A stretch of 64,000 nt of DNA from an uncultured virus (IMG/VR IMGVR_UViG_3300038828_000030) (taxonomy: Duplodnaviria > Heunggongvirae > Uroviricota > Caudoviricetes). The stretch lies in IMG/VR virus record IMGVR_UViG_3300038828_000030; one strand, given 5' to 3'. The position numbers and the translations under genes were made by a program. How positions within the stretch are numbered: the first letter of the stretch is position 1; the number at the start of each line of letters is the position of its first letter. This document shows, in pieces, positions 10,901 through 19,900 of the stretch. Under the pieces are notes generated by a model that was not told the origin of the DNA, searched no databases, and saw only the letters and a program-made list of their open reading frames with translations.

Positions 10901-13900
10901 TTGTGTCAGGAGTCAAGTAAATGCCGCCGCCATACGTCCCTCGCTCGGACACTTTGAACTCAGTGATGTTGGCATCAGTCCCGTGATACACGCGCAGCGG
11001 ATTTCCATCGGCATCCACCACGCGGCTCCCCGCAAACCAGCGCTTGAACGCCTCGGTCTGTGTCTGGTCGGTGCCCGGCGTGGCCCGCTTGGCGCTCATG
11101 TTGACCGTGCGCCCAGCCTGCACTGGCTCGCCCGACCGGTCAATGGCGCTCATCACAAAGCGCTCGGCCTCGTTGTAGGTCATCGCGCGGATGCCCTGGG
11201 CCAGCTTCTTCATGCCAGCCAGGTCGGCCACCTTCGCCAGCCAGTTGGCCAGGAACCGGATCGTCATGCTCTTGGGCTTGCTGCCCAGCTTGCCCTCGGC
11301 CTTGATTTCCTCGGCCACGGCCGCCAGCGCTTCCTCGATGGCCAGGGCCTCGAATTGCGCCGTCAACTCGGAGCCTGCGTAGCCCATCCGGCGCAGATTC
11401 TCCTTTTGCTTCTGGCCCATTTCGGTGTTCTTCCACTCGATGGCCAGTTGCTGTATTCTGGAATCTCCCTTTGCCAAATCCAGCATGGTCTGCACATACT
11501 GGGCCTTTGGCACCAACACACGCACTCCACGATGGAACAGCTCATGAAAGACGGTCTTGAATACATCCAAATCCGACCCCATGGCCGACTGGAACACATA
11601 AATATCACCACTGCGCAGGGTGACCCCGTAGCCCACGCTACCGGCAGGAACCTTCAGGCCAATGTCGCCAGGGCGAGCCGTGACCTCGACTGGTGGCGCA
11701 CCACGGATACCCGAAAGGGCTTCCTGCACAAGCTGGTTGACGCGATCAAGCGAAAGTGGCTTGGCGGGCGGGGTTGAATCGGCAGAGCTGAAAAGCACGT
11801 CGGCGGTGTTCGCCTCGGGCGAGCCGGTCTGCGCGCGGTTCGTACTGACCCCCTCGGGCACTGGCGCCAGGGCGTCGTCGGTCGTGATGGCTGGCTTTGC
11901 TGGCGCCGCCGGCGCTTGTCCTTCGGCTTTCAGTTCGGCTTCCAGGCGTTTCAGCTCGGCGTATTTCTCGGCCATCTCCTGCTGGTACTCAAACGGTGCG
12001 CCCAGCTTCTTGCGCAGCTTGTTCACGTCCACCTCGTTGCGCACGAGATCTTCTTTCGCCTTGCGCAAGTCTTGGTCCACGCTGTTGATCTGGTTGAAGA
12101 TCCGCCGCGCCAGCCCGGTCGCATCCACATCGGCGCCCATGCCGGAAGATACGCCCATGCCCAGGTTCATGCCGCCGAAGCTTACGGACAGTTCAAACTG
12201 CCCATCTCCCTTGCCTTCACTCACCCCCTCGTCCATGTAGATCGTGATGGCGTCACCAATGGCGGCAATTGGCTTGTCCTTGACCGGCTTTTCTGCCATG
12301 ACAGCATCGGCCGCCGTCTTGTTGAAAGCGTCCTTGATGGCCTGGCCGAACTCGCCGGGCTTGGTGTAGGTGGCGTTGCCCACCTTGCCCTCGGAGAAGG
12401 CAAAGTACCGCTCGCCAATGGCGGCAAACGCCTTGGTGTAGGTGGCAATGCGCTTCTTCGCGCTGTCAACGCCCCATTGCGCACTGCGCAGCGAACTGGC
12501 CACGTTGATCTGCTCGCTGGCGTGGGATGCCTGCAGGCGCTCAAAGCGCTCCACATCCTGCCGCAATCCGGCCAGCTGGATGGCGCGGGGGTCGCCGGAC
12601 GCCACAGCGGCGGCCTGCTCAAACAGCGACGCCTCGCCCAGGTCATCCATGCTGCGCAGGTTCTTGTCGCCAGTGAAAGCCTGGTCGATGAAGCGCTGCT
12701 TGCGCCCCACCATCTGCCACATGGTTGATTGGTAGGTACCCTTGGTGGTGTACCACTCGATGGCGCCCTCGGCGTTTTGGTTGCCCTGGCGAATGATCCG
12801 CCCGTGGGGCTGCTCCACGTCGGCGGGGAACCAGGGCGGGTCTTGGTAGTGCAGCACGGCCAGGCGCTTTTGCACGTTCACGCCCGTGCCCATCTTCTTG
12901 GCGGACCCAATGAGCACCTTCACCTTGCCGTTGCGCACGTCCTTGAATACGGCTTCCTTCTTGGCGTCGGTGTTGGCGTCATCGAACCAGTAGATTTCCC
13001 CGCGCGGGATGCCACCGTCCGTCAGGATCTTGGTGAATGCCGCGCGCGAGTTGAACCCCCGGGTCTTCTGCGATTGCTCGCCAAAGCCCAGGTTGTAGAA
13101 AACAAGCTGGGTGGAGCCTTTGATGGGCTCGTCTTTGCCGGCCTTGTCCTGGTACACGTTGTTCTTGGTGGCGTGGTAGCTCTGCACCACCCCCTTGCCC
13201 ATGTCCATCAGCAGCGAGGTTTCGCCCTCCTCCAGCTTGCCGCCGAAGAAACGTGGGTCCAGTGCCGCGAACCGGCCATCGGTGATGATGGCCACGATGG
13301 GGTCTGGGTTGGCGGGCTCGTCCTTCGATGGCTTCCAGGCCTTGGAAATCTCAATGCGGCGAGCCAACTCGCCCTTCATGTACTCCTGCAGCGCCTTGTT
13401 GGGCGCGGTGATGTTCAGGTTCGGCTTGCCGCCCTTGATGTCGGGTCGCTTCACCAGCGCGCCCAGGTTGTCGGAGGTCAGCACGTCCATGAACTGGCGC
13501 ACGCGCGACATCAGCTCGGGCACGTTGTCGAACTTTGCAAAGCGCTCAATCAGCTCGTACTTGCCGGCCGCGTTGGGCTCCAGCGCCGGAACCACTTCCC
13601 CAAACTGGCGCGCCCAGGCGTCGAAGGTGGAAATTCCGGCCTTGTCCAGGGCGTCGCCCGCGAAGAACCGCATGATGGTGTAAAGCTCGCCCATCGTGTT
13701 GGTCACGGGCGTGCCCGATGCAAACACCATGGAGCGGCCCGGCTTGCGGCTGTCCAGAATGCGCGTCTTGACGTACATATCGAGCGCGCGCTTGGAGCCG
13801 TTGGGGTCGATGCCCTTGATCTGCTGGGCGGTGTGGAAGTCCAGCTTGCGGAACACATGGGCCTCGTCGGCAAACACAAAGTCCACGCCCATGTCCTCGA

Positions 13901-16900
13901 ACTTGACGGTCGAGTCTTTGGCGCCGGCGCCGATGATCCGGTCAAAGCGCTGCTTCACGGCCTCGATCTGCTGCTCCAGCTGGCTGCGGCGCACGCGCGT
14001 GTCGTTGCCCTTGGCGGTTTCGGCCAGCTCGATTTCCAGGTCGGCCAGTATCTCGTCGCGGATCGGTGCCACCGACTCCTCTTTCACGCCGATGCGCTGG
14101 AATGCGTCGTGCGTGATGACGATGGCATCGGGGTTGTTCAGGGTGGCCGCGGCAACAAACGCTTTGCGCCGCTCGGGCGAAAAGTTCTCGTCGTCGGCCA
14201 CCATGATGTTGGCCATGGGGTACAGCTCCATGAACTCATTGCTGAACTGCTCCAGCATGTGATTCGGGACCACGTAGATCGGCTTTTTGATGAGGCCCAG
14301 GCGCTTTTGCTCCATGCCGCCGGCAATCATTTCGATGGTCTTGCCGGCGCCGACAGCGTGTGCAAGGTACGTGTTCCCGGTTTGCACCATGCGCCAGATG
14401 GCGCGCAGCTGGTGCGGATGCAGCTTGAAGCGCAGGCTCACGCCGGGCAGCGTCAGGTGCGAACCGTCAAAGCGGCGCGGGGCAATGTTGTTGAACTGCT
14501 TGTTGTAGCGCTCCACCAGCTCGGTCGATCGGTCGGTGTCGGTCCATACCCAGCCCTTGAACTTGTCCTTGATCTTCTTCGCCATTTCGTTGGCGGCAGT
14601 GGTAGCGGCTTCGTCCGTGACGGTCTTTTTGTCCACCGTCTGCGTCACCTTGATAGAACGGCTGTTCAGCACCGCCTCCAGGATCTCGGAAGGCGAGCGT
14701 GCGGCAGTGCCGTACTCGGCCCCGGCATTGCGCTGGCTGCGCAGGTTGCCGCCGTCCACCTGCCACGTTTCCGTGCGCGGGTCGAAGGTAACGGCGCCTG
14801 CGCCAATCTCTGCAGCAAACTCGTTGACGTGCGACTCGGGCACCCAGGACGCGCCCAGTTTGGCGCTGATCTGCGATGGCCCCAGCTTCTCGGGCTGAAC
14901 GTCCTTGAGAGCCTGCACGTTGCGGCGCAGCTCGGGCTGCAGCCGTGCGGCTTCCTCCGCTTCCTCCAGCTTGGCCACCACGTCACCGGACAGGTATTCA
15001 TCGGCCAGCTGCCATTCGCCCGTGGGCGTCAGGTACACCTGGTCGCCCAGGGCCTCAATGGCTTCCTCACGCGACAAGCCCAGGCGGCGGCCCACGTCCT
15101 CCAGGTTCAGGCTGCCGATTTCATCGAGCGACACGGCCAGCGCATCGCCAATGCTGTGCACCACGCGCTCCACCGGCTTGCCGATGGTCCGCCCCTTGAG
15201 AAAAGCGGCCTTCACGATGTCGCCGTCTTCGGTGATTTCCTCCAGCGAGGTAATCAGGGCATTGTCGTAGTCCTCGCGGTACAGCTTGCGGTTCTTGAAG
15301 ATCCGCGACTCCACGCCGATGATCTTGCCGTCCTCGTCGGTGGACTTGCGCACCTGCACCCGGAAATCCTTGACCGGGCCGTGTTCCTTGCGGAAGGCGT
15401 CATAAGCCTTGTTCAGCGCCGCCAGGCTCTTTTCCCAGGGGCCATCGTTGAGCTGGTCGAAGCGCGCGGCCTGCACCTTGTCGCGCAGCCCCACGTAGCT
15501 CTTGAACCAGGCTTGTTCCTTCTCGCTCAGGTTGACCAAGCCCGCCAGAGGCTTGCCCACACCTTCATCGACCCGCATCAGCGCGCCATCCTTGCCCAGG
15601 TAGATGACGCCCTCGCGCTTCACGGCGGGGTCGAAATCAACGGCCTTGGGCTTGGCAGTGGCCTGCGCCTCCGCCTGCGGGGCATAGGCGCCCGCTGGCA
15701 GCTTATTGACCGCCGCCGCGAACTTGGCGTCCAGCTCGGCCGGCGTCTTGTCGTAGGAGACAACGGTGTACTTCTCGCCACCCATGCCGTTGCTGTTGAT
15801 GCGCCGACCCTCGTCGTCCACATTGCCGCTGATGCGCTGCTGGCCCAGGACCATGTGCGGGTTCGCGGCAAAGTATTCGTTGACCACCACGGGGCCGTCC
15901 GGCGTCTGCACCGTCGCCACATTCGCCCATGCGTGCCCACCAGGTGCCTCGCCAGGGGCGCGCTTCTTGAGGAAAATCACGTCCGTCACCACGCTGGTGC
16001 CGGCGTTGCCCTCGAAGGCTGTGGATGGCAGACGGATGGCGCCCAGCAAGTCGGCGCGCTCGGCCAGGTACTTGCGCGCCTTGTCGCTTTGCTTGTCCAT
16101 CGTGCCCTTGCTGGTCACGAACACCTGGATGCCTCCGGGGCGCACCAGGTCGATGCCCTTGGCAAAGAAGAAGTCATGCAGCATGAACCCCTTCTTCGCG
16201 TACTCGGGGTCGCCGTAGATCTTGGTCTGCGAGAACGGCGGGTTGCCCACGTTCACGTCAAAGAAGTTCTTCGGGAATTTGCGCTTGATGAAGTCGCCAT
16301 GAATCATGTTCTGCTGGGGTGACAGCAGGCCGGCAATCAAGGCGGTGGGGCCGTCGAACTCGATCCCCGTGTAGCGCGACTGCGCGCGCACATCGTTGGG
16401 CATCAGCATCGCAAAGGAGCCGATGCCCATGCCAGGCTCAAACACGTTGCCGCCCTTGAAGCCCATGCGATCCAGCGCGCCCCACACGGAACGAATGATT
16501 CCTTCGCTGGTGTAATGGGCGTACTGGCTGGATTGGAGAATGGACTGCTGCCACTCGCGCGGCAGTGCATCGATGCGCTCGGCCAGTGGCTTCCACCGGG
16601 CTTCGCGCACCAGGTTGGGCCAGATCAGCCGGTTGGGCTCCTGCCTCTTGGCATAGTCGCCCGGGATGGGGAACAGGTCGTTGCGAATGGCGCTGGCGCC
16701 AAAGCCGACATACTTTGCCAGCTGTTCCTGCTCTTGTGGGGTGGCGGGGCGCTTTTCCGAATCAATCTTGATGGCCAGCTCGATCAGGTCGATATTGCGC
16801 TTGGCCGTTTCAAACCACGATCCGGTGCGGGTCAGCCCTTCGGGGCCTGGAACATAGTCTGTTCCAGCATTTTCATTTGGTCCTCGGCCGGCATTGCCAG

Positions 16901-19900
16901 AAGCTGGCTTAGCGTTGCTTCCTCGTACACCTCCAGCATTTCCGCGTACTTTTCGGGGTTTGCCGTCTTGAACGCCTGCGCCTGGGGCGACAGTGGGCTG
17001 TCCTGGTTCGGTGGTGGTGTCTGGGTTAGCATTTTGGGCGTCCTTGGTATCAGTATCTGCCTTTTTATCGGCATCGGCAATGGTGGTTGGCTCAGGCTCC
17101 ACCACGGCCTGCAACTCCTCCAGCGAATCAAACCCGGCCACTTCCTTCTTGGCCGTCACGCCCTTGTCCTTGTGGCGCCCGGCCACGGCGATGTATGCGC
17201 CCTGCAGGGTTTCAAAGGGGATGGCGTCGGCGGTTTCCTGGTCGATGCCCTGCGCAATGAAGTCGCGCACGTAGGCCACGGCCTTCTGGAACGTCACGGC
17301 GCCCAGCTCGATGGCGCCGTCGAACAACTCGATGACGATGGGCAGCAGTTTTTGTTCTTCCTCTGGCGTCCAGTTCATCCGCGTGTTCTTGGATGCCAGG
17401 GCGGCCAGCTTGCCCAGGGCGCCAAGCATCTTTGCCTTGGCGGCCTTCTCGCGCTCGGTCAGTGCGTCGGTCTTGGCGCGGGGCTGGTCGGCGCTGGGCT
17501 TCTTGGCGACCGGCTTTTGCGCAGATGTCTTTTGTTCTTTCGCCTGCGCCTGTTGAATGGCGTCATAGACCATCTTGCGCAATGACGGGAACACGTCAAA
17601 GGCATCCTGCATGTCGATGTTGCGCAGTTTTTTTGGCTGGCGGGCATCTATGCGGTTGTTGATGTCATGCGCCTGCTCGCGGTTCAGCCCGAACGCCTCC
17701 ATCAACAAGTTATCGCGCCCGCTTTTGCCAAGTGGGCTGCTCAGTAATACCTGAGCACGGTCGGTCATTCCATCTAGTTGATTCAGGCTGTACACGAAGT
17801 CTTTTAGATACTTCGCGGCTTCTTCCGGCGTCATGTCGGAAGAAGCACTTTCTGCGGCCTGCGAGGTGGCCGCTGGCTTCTTGTCGCCCACGACAACAAC
17901 CTCCAGCTTGCCGCTGTCTTGGGCTGCCTGCATCAGTGGGTTAGTGGATTGGGCTTCTGGAGCTTGACTGGCGGGGGCTACAGCCTCTTTTGATGCTGAA
18001 ACCGGCTCAAGGAAACCACCAAATCGCGGCTTGCCATCCTGAATCTGATAGATGGATCCATCCTTACGTTCATAAAGCTGGTTGCCATCCACATTCACGC
18101 CAATGTTCTTGTCATCGGCGGGTGTAATGGTTTCACGGGTAGCCTGCTTCGCCTTCAACTCCTGCGCATAGTCGTACTCAATTTTGGTTACTTCAAAGTC
18201 GCCAAGCCAGTAAACATCTTTTTTACCAGCTTCTTTGACCTTGCGGTCGTGTTCAGCTTGCTGGCGGTTGTCTGCGCGAAATATCTGCCTCCGAGACATC
18301 GGCTTGATCTTGTCCTCTTGGGTGATGGACGTTTTGAGGCCATCTGAAACCTTGTTTTCCACCCACTCGCGGCGAGTCATCACATTGCCAGTTTCCGAGT
18401 CGAGAACCTGCTTGGACAGCACCGCATCCTTGCGGTGCTCCATCAATGTCTTGGGGCGGTTCGCCGCCTTGCGGGCTTCCTCAGCATCCAGTCGTGCCTT
18501 GTCGGCCGCATCCTGCTCAGCCTTTGCGGCCTGCTGCTCTGCATCGCGCTTGGCTTCGCGCTCTGCCGCAGCCTGGGCTTGCTCCAGGGTGTCGTGCAGA
18601 GAATCGCCTCCGATGGCGCGCTCACCAGCCGCACGTCGGCGCCGGTTGTCGGGCGACTCCACCGCCCACATGGATTTCACCTCGTCGCCCACCTTGACCT
18701 TGGTGGGGTAGATGCGGGCGCCGTTGTAGGTGGTTTCTTGGGCTGGAGATGCCTCCTGCTGTGGCACTTCAAGCACATATCCCATGCGCCGATCTTCGCC
18801 AGGGTTGTAGCCGGCGAAAGTGTTGCGCTGGTCTGCCAATTCTGCTGGCGTTGCTTTGCGAACGACTGCCTTGCCAGCCAACTGCTTTGACCGGGCCATA
18901 GCGTCTGCCGTTGCCTTGTTCGGCACCACTATTGGCATTCCAGTCCGTGGGTCGGAGAACAGTGGCTTTTGGGTTTCTGCTACACCTTTTGTAGCTTTCT
19001 GCGCTTGACCGGCTGGCGTTTCGGGCTGATTTAGCCCTTGTTTTGTGGCGGGTTCAGTCGCGGATTCGGCCTTGTCCGCCTGCTCCTGCGCGTCCCGAAT
19101 CTGATCTACCAGTTTCTTGCGCTGCGTCTTGAGCGTGACTGGCACCTTGCGGCTTTTCATGGCCGCCTCGATGTCTCCGCCGCCCTTTGCCATGCTGGCT
19201 GGTGCGGCAGCAAGAATCTTGTCTTCAACCTCGCGCAACTGGCGGCGCAGATCGGCCACGGCTTGATCTTCAGTCAGCGCCGCTTTGACCGGCTCGGGCA
19301 GGTCGTTATGCGGGCTGGTGGCGGCTTCGTTGGCGGCTGCCGTGACGCTTTCTGCGGCTTGGGCTACCGGTTGCGTGCTGCGCAACTCGCCCACCAACAC
19401 ATCCAGCTTCTTGCCATCGGCTCCAACCACGCGCGCCATGTCCACCATGCCGAGGCCCGGTGCGGCTTGGCGGAACAACGCTTCAACCGTGCTGCGGCCG
19501 ATGGTGCGGCCATTCACGTCCACCGCGTCACCAACCTTGAACCCGTCCAACTCCCGCAAGGGCGCGCTGTTGATTGGGTCAGGCTTGCCGGTGAACAACG
19601 ATGACACCGGCTGCTCTGTTGTCGCACCATCCAGCCGGCCGGCATCACCTGTCTGCCGCTGTCCAGCACCGACAACAGGTGCCTCGCCTGCAACCGATTC
19701 GCCTGGCCCGTGCGGCGCAGCAGCGCCAGCGCCCGGTGTGCGCTCATCTGCCAGCCGTAGATTTCGTGCAGTTGCACCATGCTGTTCCCCCGTTTTCTTG
19801 ATCCTGCCAACAAACCCACCGCCCGCCTCAACCACCTCGTGACTGTCCTGCAAGCCCAGCCGGTTCACCTCGCGCTGCGCCGCCGCCTGACTGGCAAACG

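Noticed and set aside
9645..16322. Long plus-strand ORFs (710 aa, 1197 aa and others) as genes
   Set aside because: Antisense shadows of the GC3-biased giant gene, with no motifs or RBS. The same applies to 25127..26473, 34142..35560 and 37882..39405.
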